This document shows, piece after piece, positions 10,291 through 19,542 of a stretch of 64,000 bases of DNA. The DNA is from Sphingobacterium endophyticum (GTDB lineage: Bacteria > Bacteroidota > Bacteroidia > Sphingobacteriales > Sphingobacteriaceae). The notes beneath the pieces were generated by a model. That model did no database searches, was not told the DNA's origin, and was given only the letters and a program-made list of their open reading frames with translations. The position numbers were made by a program, and so were the translations under genes. Position 1 is the stretch's first letter, and each line of letters starts with the position of its first letter. The stretch spans positions 20,912 to 84,911 of the forward strand of contig JBEBTR010000002.1 of assembly GCA_040393725.1 (NCBI GenBank). Reading direction: 5' to 3'.

Positions 10291-11451
10291 TTATTTTATC
10301 AGCAATTCTTCAACCAATTTACCCTCTTGGTTATAGATCTTAAATGATCCTTGTTTATCATCAAGGTTCGCTTTGATCAAATTTACATTAGAGTTTATAA
10401 TTATTGGGAAATTGACTGTGTTGTCTGCTTGAAGGATTTCATGTTTGTGCATATGGCCGCTCAACATAATTTGTGCGCCAGATCTGTTTAAGATGGGTAC
10501 AAATTTATTTCGAAGGTCCTCCATTCCATGCCAACCTAAAACCGGAGGGATATGGCAAATAATGATTTTATATTTGGCATTTTTATAAGTAGGGCTTTGA
10601 ACTATTTTTTCTAGCCATTTTGCCTGTTCTGTGCGATAGGCATCCATGTCCACTATTCCACTATATTCGATGTCACTGTCAGGTTTGTCTTCTCCACAAT
10701 CAAGAACAATGAAACAAGCATCACCTTGGTTAAACATATAGTATAATTCTCCCGAACTCGTTGGGAAATATTTAGGATAGGCTACGGCAAATGGTCCTCT
10801 TGTTTCATGATTCCCTCTGGAATAATACATAGGCTTTTCACTTGCGAAGGTCTTAATGGCATTATCCATAAAGCCATTAAACATTTGTTCCTCGCTCAAT
10901 AGGTTATCAACCATATCTCCATTAAAAACGATGAAATCGGTGTTGTTAAGATCCACTTGATTTAACAAGCTGCTCATTACATCATTTTTGCCATGAATAT
11001 CATTGATGACAGCGAAAGAAACCTGTTTTTTAGTACCTGCTGTTGAAAAAGTTAATGGTTTTTCACTGTAAACATTGGTTGCGGTATAATCACCATAATG
11101 AACTTTGGTGCCTTCATGTTTAAGAACCTCCTGATTGTACACTCTATATCTATATTTTGTTCCAGGTTTTAACTCCTTTAAATTTACTTGATGGACAGTT
11201 CCTACATTTTTAAAGCCATATTTTCCGGCAAATATTTTAGGTCTTTCTTGTTGATAAAAATGTGTTTGATCATCCGGAGCAATTTCAACCCATCCGATGG
11301 CATCTTTATTTGTTGTCCAAAGGATTGAAACAGTGGAATCAGTCAGAGCCTGAATATAGGGTAGGTGGTTGATCTTAATTTTTTCTTGTGCAAACATCCC
11401 CTGACTAAGGAGAAATAATGAAATTAAAAGGATGTAATGAGACTTATTCAT
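10291..11451 (-). CDS. Secreted purple-acid-phosphatase-like metallophosphoesterase (FN3-like N domain)
   Basis: Signal peptide; DIH, NGDMVD, RGNHE, SGHMH motifs; LKPGTKYRYRV. Confidence 0.88.
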   Translation of the reverse strand: MNKSHYILLISLFLLSQGMFAQEKIKINHLPYIQALTDSTVSILWTTNKDAIGWVEIAPDDQTHFYQQERPKIFAGKYGFKNVGTVHQVNLKELKPGTKYRYRVYNQEVLKHEGTKVHYGDYTATNVYSEKPLTFSTAGTKKQVSFAVINDIHGKNDVMSSLLNQVDLNNTDFIVFNGDMVDNLLSEEQMFNGFMDNAIKTFASEKPMYYSRGNHETRGPFAVAYPKYFPTSSGELYYMFNQGDACFIVLDCGEDKPDSDIEYSGIVDMDAYRTEQAKWLEKIVQSPTYKNAKYKIIICHIPPVLGWHGMEDLRNKFVPILNRSGAQIMLSGHMHKHEILQADNTVNFPIIINSNVNLIKANLDDKQGSFKIYNQEGKLVEELLIK

Positions 11452-11481
11452 AGGTTTTTGGTTTTAATTTGAATTAATCCT

Positions 11482-12753
11482 TTATATGGATGATTTGTTT
11501 AAATTGTCTTTATACATATCATACGTATAAACATTATAAGGTAATAGTTTATTTGCAAAGTATTTTGAAATAAAGCAACAAACTAAAAGTGGTATTATCA
11601 AGATATATCCATTTGGAGCAATATTGCATATCAGAATGATGCTGGTAAGAGGCGCATAGATTGCAGCTGACAGGGCTGATCCAGCGCCGATTAATGCAAA
11701 ATTAATTGGACTAATATCCATGTGTAAAATCGTTTTGCAAAATATGGCCATCGTCAATCCCATAAATGCTCCAGCAATAATACTAGGTGCAAAAACTCCT
11801 CCATCGCCACCTGCGCCCAGGGTTAGGGATGATGCCAATGGTTTTAAAAATATTAATAGGAGGAGGTACCAAATCGAATTCGAATCTGATGACAATATCT
11901 CATTTAAACCATGATAACTATCCCCAAATAAAACCGGGAAATAATAAATAAGTAGTCCAACTGAAATAGCGCCTAAATTGACCCGGATAAAATTATTATT
12001 AATATTCCCGAAAAATGTTTTGGTATGGATTACTAGTAAAGTAAACCCAACGGCAAATAACCCTGCAAATATGCTTAACAATAGGAAGAAAGGTACAGAT
12101 TTCCATTGCCAATCAACTAGTTCTTGAGGGACTATGGGTTCATTTCCTAAAAAATAAAGAAAAAATGCTGCAACCATAGTAGAACCAATACAACTAATTA
12201 AGATAGTCTTTTTAAATTTTCTGCTTATTACTTCAATGCCAAATAATAGTCCGGCTAATGGACTTGAAAATAGAATTGCTACCCCTGCGGCCGAGGCAGC
12301 ACAGATTAGTTCTCTTTTATAAAGTTTGGCGGCATAGTTTTTCTTATAGATTTCATTTCCTATGGTAGCTGTCGAAACCACTGTCGAGACCTCGATTCCG
12401 GAAGAGCCTCCAAATATTACTGTTAAAAAACCATTTATAAAATGCGAAGGAATTTTAAAGAAGGGGAGATGGTCTTTACGGAGATCTAATGTTTTGTATA
12501 TTTCAGTGATTCCCTTGTTTTTACGACCTTTAAAAATATATTTTCTAAGAAAATATATGATGGTAATTCCTATAGTTGGAAAAATAATAAACAATAATGG
12601 GTATGAATTACTGATTAAGCTAAATACATGATGCTCTGTTTTTTCTGTAATATAACGTAAGGTTAGGGCTAGAAGTGAGCTTAATAATCCTACAAATAAG
12701 GAGATGCCAAATAGCTTAAAATAGTTCTGTTGAATAACTTTTTTCCTATTCAT
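11482..12753 (-). CDS. ClC-family anion transporter/channel, no CBS domain
   Basis: GGSSGIE, AAGVAILFSSPLAG, GGDGGVFAP, APLT motifs. Confidence 0.88.
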   Translation of the reverse strand: MNRKKVIQQNYFKLFGISLFVGLLSSLLALTLRYITEKTEHHVFSLISNSYPLLFIIFPTIGITIIYFLRKYIFKGRKNKGITEIYKTLDLRKDHLPFFKIPSHFINGFLTVIFGGSSGIEVSTVVSTATIGNEIYKKNYAAKLYKRELICAASAAGVAILFSSPLAGLLFGIEVISRKFKKTILISCIGSTMVAAFFLYFLGNEPIVPQELVDWQWKSVPFFLLLSIFAGLFAVGFTLLVIHTKTFFGNINNNFIRVNLGAISVGLLIYYFPVLFGDSYHGLNEILSSDSNSIWYLLLLIFLKPLASSLTLGAGGDGGVFAPSIIAGAFMGLTMAIFCKTILHMDISPINFALIGAGSALSAAIYAPLTSIILICNIAPNGYILIIPLLVCCFISKYFANKLLPYNVYTYDMYKDNLNKSSI

Positions 12754-12889
12754 CTTAGATCTTATTCCAATATGAGATTGAGTTTAGTGAGGAATTGATT
12801 TAATTGATAAATCTTGATTCGATCGTCTCAAATTTACATATAATAGGATGAAGTCTATTGATATGTCAGGGGAAATGTTACAGGAAAAC

Positions 12890-13099
12890 TTATTTAATCA
12901 AGGCTAGTGCTTTGCCTTTATGAGCTGCAATATGATCAGATTTATCACTTTTAATTTCATATTGCGGGTCCTCTTCTGAGGCATGATGAGTATAACCTTT
13001 GTAATTGAAATTACTAGTATGTATTTTTATTATTGTTCCAGTGACTTTTCCGGCTTCAGAATTCCAAGTTACTTTGTCACCAATGTTAAAGCGTTTCAT
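12890..13099 (-). CDS. DUF2945/HVA1-like small protein
   Basis: GDKVTWNSEAG...HASEEDPQYEIKSDKSDHIAAHK pattern. Confidence 0.8.
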   Translation of the reverse strand: MKRFNIGDKVTWNSEAGKVTGTIIKIHTSNFNYKGYTHHASEEDPQYEIKSDKSDHIAAHKGKALALIK

Positions 13100-13180
13100 G
13101 ATTATTATTTATTTAAACTAAGAATAACTTAATTGACCATTATAAGTTGAATGTCCTATGCTATAAATTACATTCATTTT

Positions 13181-13876
13181 TTAGTCCTCTTTGGAAAATG
13201 CATTTAAATATTTGTCAATATAGAGATCCTTTTCTTTGGACTTATATTGTTGAATAAATCTGGGGTGCTCCAAAATTGTGAGTTTGTCAAATAATTCTGC
13301 TTCTCTATTTAATTTATCAATAAAAATGGCGTTTCTTTTTCCTAACACAAAGACTTCTTTCCGATCCAATCCCAATTCAAAATGTTTACGTAAAGTCTCA
13401 ATCATATAATCTTTTACATTTAGAAATAATTGGGCATCATCATAATAATTAGCATTTAGAAATTGTCCAGGTTTTACTTCCTTGATTATGGCTAATGGAA
13501 ACGGAGAATTTATATAAAAATCAGCATAAAAAGATTCCGCTCCTCCATAGGATTGAATTACATCATACAGATAAACCGATGATATTTCATGAGTTTTAGC
13601 ACTAATCATTTTGATTCCGCAAATACTATCAAGCCTTTTGGTATCAGTAAAGGGTACTCCGGTAACACCAGCTCCATGACGACTAGGGTTTATTCCTACT
13701 ATAAATTTCCGAGAATTATTATCTGAATAATATTTATTATAAAATTGCTGCATAACATCCATGGTTTCTGGATTGTCGTTGAACGGATTCATAACATAGT
13801 ATCCGATAGGTAATTGCCCTGTATATTGAAGGTTTTTGTTGAACTGAATGACCCTGTCAGCAAATTTTTTTTGCAT
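13181..13876 (-). CDS. SMUG2-type uracil-DNA glycosylase (DUF4918)
   Basis: GINPSRHGAGVTGVPFTD, NANYYD and LEHPRFIQQY motifs. Confidence 0.85.
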   Translation of the reverse strand: MQKKFADRVIQFNKNLQYTGQLPIGYYVMNPFNDNPETMDVMQQFYNKYYSDNNSRKFIVGINPSRHGAGVTGVPFTDTKRLDSICGIKMISAKTHEISSVYLYDVIQSYGGAESFYADFYINSPFPLAIIKEVKPGQFLNANYYDDAQLFLNVKDYMIETLRKHFELGLDRKEVFVLGKRNAIFIDKLNREAELFDKLTILEHPRFIQQYKSKEKDLYIDKYLNAFSKED

Positions 13877-13918
13877 AGTTAAACTTTTAAGAGGAACAAT
13901 GGTACCCTCTAAAAGTTT

Positions 13919-15088
13919 CTACTTATTTCTATTAAAAGTATAACCAACAGTCCATTCGATAAAATCAGCCTTTCCCATATGCGCTTTGATCGAAACTCCG
14001 GCATTTATGTTTTTATAAACATAATATCTAGCACCTGCACGGAGGAAGACTCGTCTTATTTCTCCATTAAATCTTTGGTTATGCAAATAATAACCAACAT
14101 TACCATTTAATACCAATCTTTCATTTAAGATATGAGCAACATAGAATGATGGGCCTCCAGAAAGTTTGGAGCCAATTTTTCCGGATTTATCTCCCGCTAT
14201 TTCAGCATCATTTCCAGAGGATGAATAAAATAAATCAAAACCACCACCTAATCTCCATTTATAGGAAACATGTCTGCTGGCGTATGCACTTAGTGTGGTT
14301 TTAAAAAATCTTTCGTCTGAATCATCTTTCAATTGCTTGAACCCAACTCCATAATTTATGTGATAGAGGATTTTCTTAGAATAGGGTTTTAATATTGAAT
14401 CTCTTCTTATTTCTAATTCTGGATTCAATTGATAGTTTACTGATACGGTTAATGGCACTAGATTAACACCTTTATTGGGCAGTCGTAAAGCTCCATTAGA
14501 AAAATGATGAAATGCCAAACCAATACCTGCTTTCCAATGTGGATTAATCTTGTATTGTGTCCTAATCCCCAAATCAATAAAGACATTGTTTTTAGAACCA
14601 ATTACGAGGTTAAGTGGATTTTCATTTTCATTATAGGGCTTAAAGTTTCCTGACAGACCCAGACCAATTCTATAATCATAACTCCATCGACTATCTTCTT
14701 TTGGTGCAATTGGAGTTTGTACAAAACCGTATATGGCGAAAGGACTACCTAAGATATCTGTGTTGAAAGTGCTGGAATACAATCCGATACCGTAAATAGG
14801 ATAATTGTAAATTTGATAATACTGATCTTTTTTTGCTCTTTGTTTCCAGCCAATTTTAAAATTCAATCCATTGTAATATGCACCTTCATAAGTGCTGGAT
14901 TTTAAACCTTTCTGTGCTAAGATTCCTCCATTTTCAGTCTCAAGTTCTAAAATTAATGGGCTGGATTTTAATTCTTTCGTAAATTCTGAAAGTTGACAAT
15001 ACCCTATAAAAGGAAAGATTAGGAAGGTAAAAAAGATGAATAAGCGAGTCACAGAATAATATTTATGGAATTTACGATCAGAGGACAA
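13919..15088 (-). CDS. Acyloxyacyl hydrolase / PagL-like outer-membrane protein
   Basis: HHFSNG..LPNKGVN motif; beta-barrel pattern; C-terminal VGYTF; start codon uncertain. Confidence 0.75.
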   Translation of the reverse strand: MSSDRKFHKYYSVTRLFIFFTFLIFPFIGYCQLSEFTKELKSSPLILELETENGGILAQKGLKSSTYEGAYYNGLNFKIGWKQRAKKDQYYQIYNYPIYGIGLYSSTFNTDILGSPFAIYGFVQTPIAPKEDSRWSYDYRIGLGLSGNFKPYNENENPLNLVIGSKNNVFIDLGIRTQYKINPHWKAGIGLAFHHFSNGALRLPNKGVNLVPLTVSVNYQLNPELEIRRDSILKPYSKKILYHINYGVGFKQLKDDSDERFFKTTLSAYASRHVSYKWRLGGGFDLFYSSSGNDAEIAGDKSGKIGSKLSGGPSFYVAHILNERLVLNGNVGYYLHNQRFNGEIRRVFLRAGARYYVYKNINAGVSIKAHMGKADFIEWTVGYTFNRNK

Positions 15089-15173
15089 AAATAGTAATAA
15101 CTTTGGGGCATAAAACGTAGGCTATGTCATTTTTGTTTCAAATGATAGTTAATTCGTTAATAAATTTAAGATC

Positions 15174-16088
15174 GTGTCAAATTTTATCCTTATTATTTTT
15201 TGCCTAGCCGCCGGAATAATTAGTAGGAAATTCAATTGGGTTGCCAAAGATGGTTTTAAAGCATTAAACGCTTGGGTTTTATACTTTGGACTTCCTGCAA
15301 TTTCCTTCAATTTTCTTCCAAAACTTTCATGGAATAATAGCTTAATTTTTACCATGCTTGGGCCGATCCTGGTTTTATTGGGGTCCGTCTTATTTTTCTA
15401 TATTGTTGAGAAAGTTACCCATATTTCAAAGAGAACATCCCATACATTGATGTTAATTGCCGGATTAAGCAATACTTCATTTGTTGGATTTCCACTCATT
15501 ACTGCATATTTTGGAGTAGAAGCACTCCCAATCGGAATAGTTAGCGATCAAATGACCTTTTTCTTATTGTCAAGTGTTGGAGTTATCATTGCAATGAAAG
15601 GAAGTCTGAAAAAGAATAAACAAGTAGATTATAAATTCATTTTAAAACGAGTATTTACATTTCCACCTTTAATTGGGTGTTTGTTAGCTCTTATTATTCC
15701 TAAAATCATCGATATAAGTAGTCTTGATGATTTTTTTAAAATTTTAGGATCAACAGTATCTCCAATAGCTTTATTTTCAATTGGACTTCAATTGAATTTT
15801 GGAATTGTAAAAAGTGAGATTCCTAATATATCCTATGCTTTGATCTATAAACTTATTTTAGCCCCAGCAATTGTGGTTCTTATTGCATTAAGTTTGGGAC
15901 TTAAGGGCGAAATTATTCAGGTCTCTATGTTTGAAATGGCAATGCCTAGTTTAGTTGCAACCAGTATAATATTAAATCAATTTAAACTAAATACTAAAGT
16001 AGGCAATAGTGTCATTGGACTTAGCATTCCCATCGGCTTATTGACCACTTTCATATGGTATCAGCTATTGATTACTTTTTTTATGTAA
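15174..16088 (+). CDS. AEC (auxin efflux carrier) family transporter
   Basis: GLPA, SNTSFVGFP, PIALFSIG, KLILAP, AMPS motifs; about 10 TM segments. Confidence 0.88.
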   Translation: MSNFILIIFCLAAGIISRKFNWVAKDGFKALNAWVLYFGLPAISFNFLPKLSWNNSLIFTMLGPILVLLGSVLFFYIVEKVTHISKRTSHTLMLIAGLSNTSFVGFPLITAYFGVEALPIGIVSDQMTFFLLSSVGVIIAMKGSLKKNKQVDYKFILKRVFTFPPLIGCLLALIIPKIIDISSLDDFFKILGSTVSPIALFSIGLQLNFGIVKSEIPNISYALIYKLILAPAIVVLIALSLGLKGEIIQVSMFEMAMPSLVATSIILNQFKLNTKVGNSVIGLSIPIGLLTTFIWYQLLITFFM

Positions 16089-16188
16089 CCTAAATGTTAT
16101 CGAAATATTTCTAGAATTGCTTATCTTTATTGCTATTAATTTAACGAAATACTAGTTTTATTTAAGTTTTAACATACTATAGTAGTTT

Positions 16189-17154
16189 ATGAAAAGAGTT
16201 TTATTCTTTGCATTATTAGCAGGGATACAAATGTCTAATGCTCAAGATAAACATGAGCGTTATACGCAGAAGATTGAGGGGACGAGTTTGGAATTCACAA
16301 TGGAAGCTATTCCTGCAGGTGAATTTAATATGGGAAGTGCAAAATCTTCCAATGCAGATGAAAAACCAGTTCATAAAGTGAAATTAGACCCATTTTGGAT
16401 GGGTACCTATGAGGTTACATGGAATATATTTGAGCCTTTTTTATATAAGGATTACGAAATTACAAAATCGAATGATGGTAAAGTTCCTGCTGATGTTGAT
16501 GCTGTAACAAGACCTACCAAACCATATCTTGATATGACTTTTGGATTTGGCAAGGATGGGCAGCCAGCTTTAGCAATGACCCATTATAATGCTATTCAAT
16601 TTTGTAAGTGGTTATATGTAAGGACAGGTGTATTCTATAGGTTGCCGACAGAAGCAGAATGGGAATATGCAAGCAGGGCAGGTACAGAAACTGAATATTT
16701 CTTTGGAGATGATGCTGCACAATTAGCTGATTATGCTGTGTTCAAAGATAATTCAGCGGGTAAAACTGCTAAAGTTGGGACAAAAAAGCCTAATCCTTGG
16801 GGATTATATGATATCTACGGAAATGTTTCGGAATGGACTTATGATCAATATGATGCTGATTTTTATAAAACATCGGAAGGAAAAGTCGCTTTAAATCCTG
16901 TAAATATTCCGACAAAATTATATCCGCACGTTGTTCGCGGGGGATCATTTGAAAGTGATGCGAAAGATTTACGTTCAGCTTCGAGAATTGCCTCTGATCC
17001 GTTTTGGAAACAACTGGATCCTCAGATACCAAAGTCTAATTGGTGGTTTCCTGAAGCACCATTTGTTGGGATGAGATTAGTTAGGCCGGTGAATCCACCG
17101 TCGCATGATCAAATTATGGAGTATTATGACAAAGCTCCAATTAAAGATTTTTAA
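16189..17154 (+). CDS. FGE-sulfatase (SUMF1) domain secreted protein lacking the catalytic Cys pair
   Basis: Signal peptide; GEFNMGS, RLPTEAEWEYASRAG, NPWGLYDIYGNVSEW, RGGSF; no CxxxxC after RGGS. Confidence 0.9.
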   Translation: MKRVLFFALLAGIQMSNAQDKHERYTQKIEGTSLEFTMEAIPAGEFNMGSAKSSNADEKPVHKVKLDPFWMGTYEVTWNIFEPFLYKDYEITKSNDGKVPADVDAVTRPTKPYLDMTFGFGKDGQPALAMTHYNAIQFCKWLYVRTGVFYRLPTEAEWEYASRAGTETEYFFGDDAAQLADYAVFKDNSAGKTAKVGTKKPNPWGLYDIYGNVSEWTYDQYDADFYKTSEGKVALNPVNIPTKLYPHVVRGGSFESDAKDLRSASRIASDPFWKQLDPQIPKSNWWFPEAPFVGMRLVRPVNPPSHDQIMEYYDKAPIKDF

Positions 17155-17194
17155 TCAAATAAAACCGTATAATACTCAATTTAAATCTATTTTC

Positions 17195-18508
17195 ATGGAA
17201 AGTTTAAAACGCAGGGATTTCATAAAATCTTCTTCAGCCTTAGTAGGCGCTGCTGCATTAACTAGCAGTTCAGTAAGCAGCGTATTTGCTGCCGGTTCTG
17301 ACGTTATAAAAATTGCCTTAATTGGTTGTGGTGGTCGTGGTACCGGAGCTACATTTGATGCTTTTGCATCTGGTCAAAACATCAAATTGGTCGCGATGGC
17401 TGATGCATTTAAAGATAATCTTGATTCAACTTATTCAACACTAAAAGAAAAATTTGGTGATAAGGTTGATGTACCTGATAGTCGGAAGTATGTTGGATTT
17501 GATGGCTATAAAGCAGCTATCAAAGATGCTGATGTTGTATTATTATGTACGCCTCCAGGATTCAGACCTATACATTTTGAGGAAGCAGTAAAAGCAGGTA
17601 AGCATATTTTTATGGAAAAACCTGTAGCTACAGATATTCCAGGGATAAGAAGGGTATTGGCTGCTGCTAAGGAAGCAAAAGCAAAGAAATTAAATGTTGT
17701 TGTTGGTTTACAAAGACGTTACCAAACTAACTATAGAGAGGCAATTAAAAGAATTCAAGACGGAGCTATAGGCGATGTAGTTTCAGGTCAAGTATATTGG
17801 AATAGTGGTGGTGTATGGGTTAGACCTCGTAAACCTAATCAAACTGAAATGGACTATCAAATGAGAAATTGGTACTATTTCAATTGGTTATGTGGTGATC
17901 ATATTGTAGAACAGCACGTTCATAATATCGATATTGCTAACTGGGTGAAAGGTAAAACTCCAGTTTCAATCCAAGGAACTGGTAGTCGTGCCCAAAGAAC
18001 CGGAAAGGAATATGGGGAAATCTATGACAATTTTGCTATTGAATTGACTTATGATGACGGTGCTGTTGTCTACAGTCAATGTCGTCACTTTGAAGGTATT
18101 TCAAACCGTGTTGATGAAACATTTCAGGCTACTAAAGGTAGAGTATATCTATCAGCTGGTAATCAAGCTGTTCTGTGGGGTCCAGATGGGAAAGAAATCT
18201 ATCGCCATGATCCTAAAGGTAATCCCAATGCTTATCAACAAGAGCATAAAGAATTATTTGAAGCCATTGCAAAAGGTGAATATAAATTTGACAATGCTGA
18301 ATATGGTGCACATAGTACATTGACAGGTATCATTGGTCGAATTGCTTGTTATACCGGTAAAGTTATTAAATGGGATGAAGCAATTCAATCCAATATTGAT
18401 ATCATGCCAACTACTTATTCTTGGGATGCAAAACCGAAAGTTTTACCAAATGCTGAAGGTTTCTATCCTGTTGCAGTACCAGGTATCAATGTTGAAAAAT
18501 ATATCTAA
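17195..18508 (+). CDS. Gfo/Idh/MocA family oxidoreductase with Tat signal
   Basis: KRRDFIK; GCGGRG; TPPGFRP; MEKP; GDHIVEQHVH; ATG at 17195. Confidence 0.9.
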   Translation: MESLKRRDFIKSSSALVGAAALTSSSVSSVFAAGSDVIKIALIGCGGRGTGATFDAFASGQNIKLVAMADAFKDNLDSTYSTLKEKFGDKVDVPDSRKYVGFDGYKAAIKDADVVLLCTPPGFRPIHFEEAVKAGKHIFMEKPVATDIPGIRRVLAAAKEAKAKKLNVVVGLQRRYQTNYREAIKRIQDGAIGDVVSGQVYWNSGGVWVRPRKPNQTEMDYQMRNWYYFNWLCGDHIVEQHVHNIDIANWVKGKTPVSIQGTGSRAQRTGKEYGEIYDNFAIELTYDDGAVVYSQCRHFEGISNRVDETFQATKGRVYLSAGNQAVLWGPDGKEIYRHDPKGNPNAYQQEHKELFEAIAKGEYKFDNAEYGAHSTLTGIIGRIACYTGKVIKWDEAIQSNIDIMPTTYSWDAKPKVLPNAEGFYPVAVPGINVEKYI

Positions 18509-19516
18509 GTGATAAAATTCTGTAATTTTATTACGATGATGTTAATTGGTTGCGGTGTTTATGCACAGCAACCAATTTCTTCTTTACAGAAACACGAACT
18601 ATTCGGGAGAGCCCAAGGTACAACCTATACGATTACGTATTACTCCACAGTCCAAAGCATTTCACAATCATCCATCGATAGCATTTTTAATGTTATTGAT
18701 CAATCCATGTCCTTGTATAAAAAGAATTCTAATATTTCAATTTTCAACAATCCCAAAACTGTTAAACAAAAGTTGGATCCTCATATGTTGAAAGTTGTGA
18801 AAGAATCTTTTCGGGTTTATAGGGATTCAAAAGGTTTGTTTGATATTACTGTCATGCCCTTAGTATCACTCTGGGGATTTGGCCCACAAAAAGTTACTGA
18901 TATTCCTGATTCAGCTAAAATCTTGGAAACACTGAAAATTGTTGGTATGGACAAATTAAAGCTTAAAGGGAAGACTCTCATTAAAAAAGTTAAAGGAGTT
19001 CAGATTGATTTAAACGGAATTGCGCAGGGCTATACAGTAGATGTTTTATATGATTTTTTGATTAAGAAAAATATCATGGACTTCATTGTAGAAGTAGGGG
19101 GAGAGATTCGGACGCACGGGCTTAAGCCTGGCAATGTACCTTTTAAAGTTTTAGTTCAGAGACCTGAGATGGCAGGAGAAGGCAAGAGTTTTGTCTTGAA
19201 ATTAGAAGATAAATCAATCACAACATCAGGTAGTTACGAGAAGTATCGTGAAGTAAAAAATTACAAGTTTTCACATCATATAGATCCCCAAACGGGTTAC
19301 CCTATAAAATCACAAACTATTTCGGTTACTGTTCTAGCAAACTCAGCTATGGAAGCTGATGCATATGACAATGTATTTATGGCAATGAAGCCTGATGATG
19401 CAATTTCATTTGCGAATGCAAAAAATATAGTTGATATTTATTTGATGTATTTGGAAGATGGTGAGGTAAAAGAAGCCTATTCTTCTGGATTTCAAAAGTA
19501 TTTGCTAACCGATTAA
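18509..19516 (+). CDS. apbE: FAD:protein FMN transferase
   Basis: AQGTTY, FDITV.PLV.LWGFG, IDLNGIAQGYTVD, VGGEI, TTSGSYE, HHIDPQTG, ADAYD. Confidence 0.93.
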   Translation: MIKFCNFITMMLIGCGVYAQQPISSLQKHELFGRAQGTTYTITYYSTVQSISQSSIDSIFNVIDQSMSLYKKNSNISIFNNPKTVKQKLDPHMLKVVKESFRVYRDSKGLFDITVMPLVSLWGFGPQKVTDIPDSAKILETLKIVGMDKLKLKGKTLIKKVKGVQIDLNGIAQGYTVDVLYDFLIKKNIMDFIVEVGGEIRTHGLKPGNVPFKVLVQRPEMAGEGKSFVLKLEDKSITTSGSYEKYREVKNYKFSHHIDPQTGYPIKSQTISVTVLANSAMEADAYDNVFMAMKPDDAISFANAKNIVDIYLMYLEDGEVKEAYSSGFQKYLLTD

Positions 19517-19542
19517 ATACTTAATTTTAAACTTATTCCTAA

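Noticed and set aside
12754-12836. ~70-nt 5' leader of the ClC gene as a fluoride riboswitch
   Set aside because: No GGxGAUGG..UxxCC or GAUGxCxxCU pseudoknot elements on the coding strand, and the protein lacks CLC-F motifs
17303-17352. TGAT in the Gfo protein (GCGGRGTGAT) matches the ApbE [S/T]GA[S/T] motif
   Set aside because: It lies in the Rossmann glycine-rich loop and helix, lacks the upstream Asp, and would clash with NAD binding; probably coincidental
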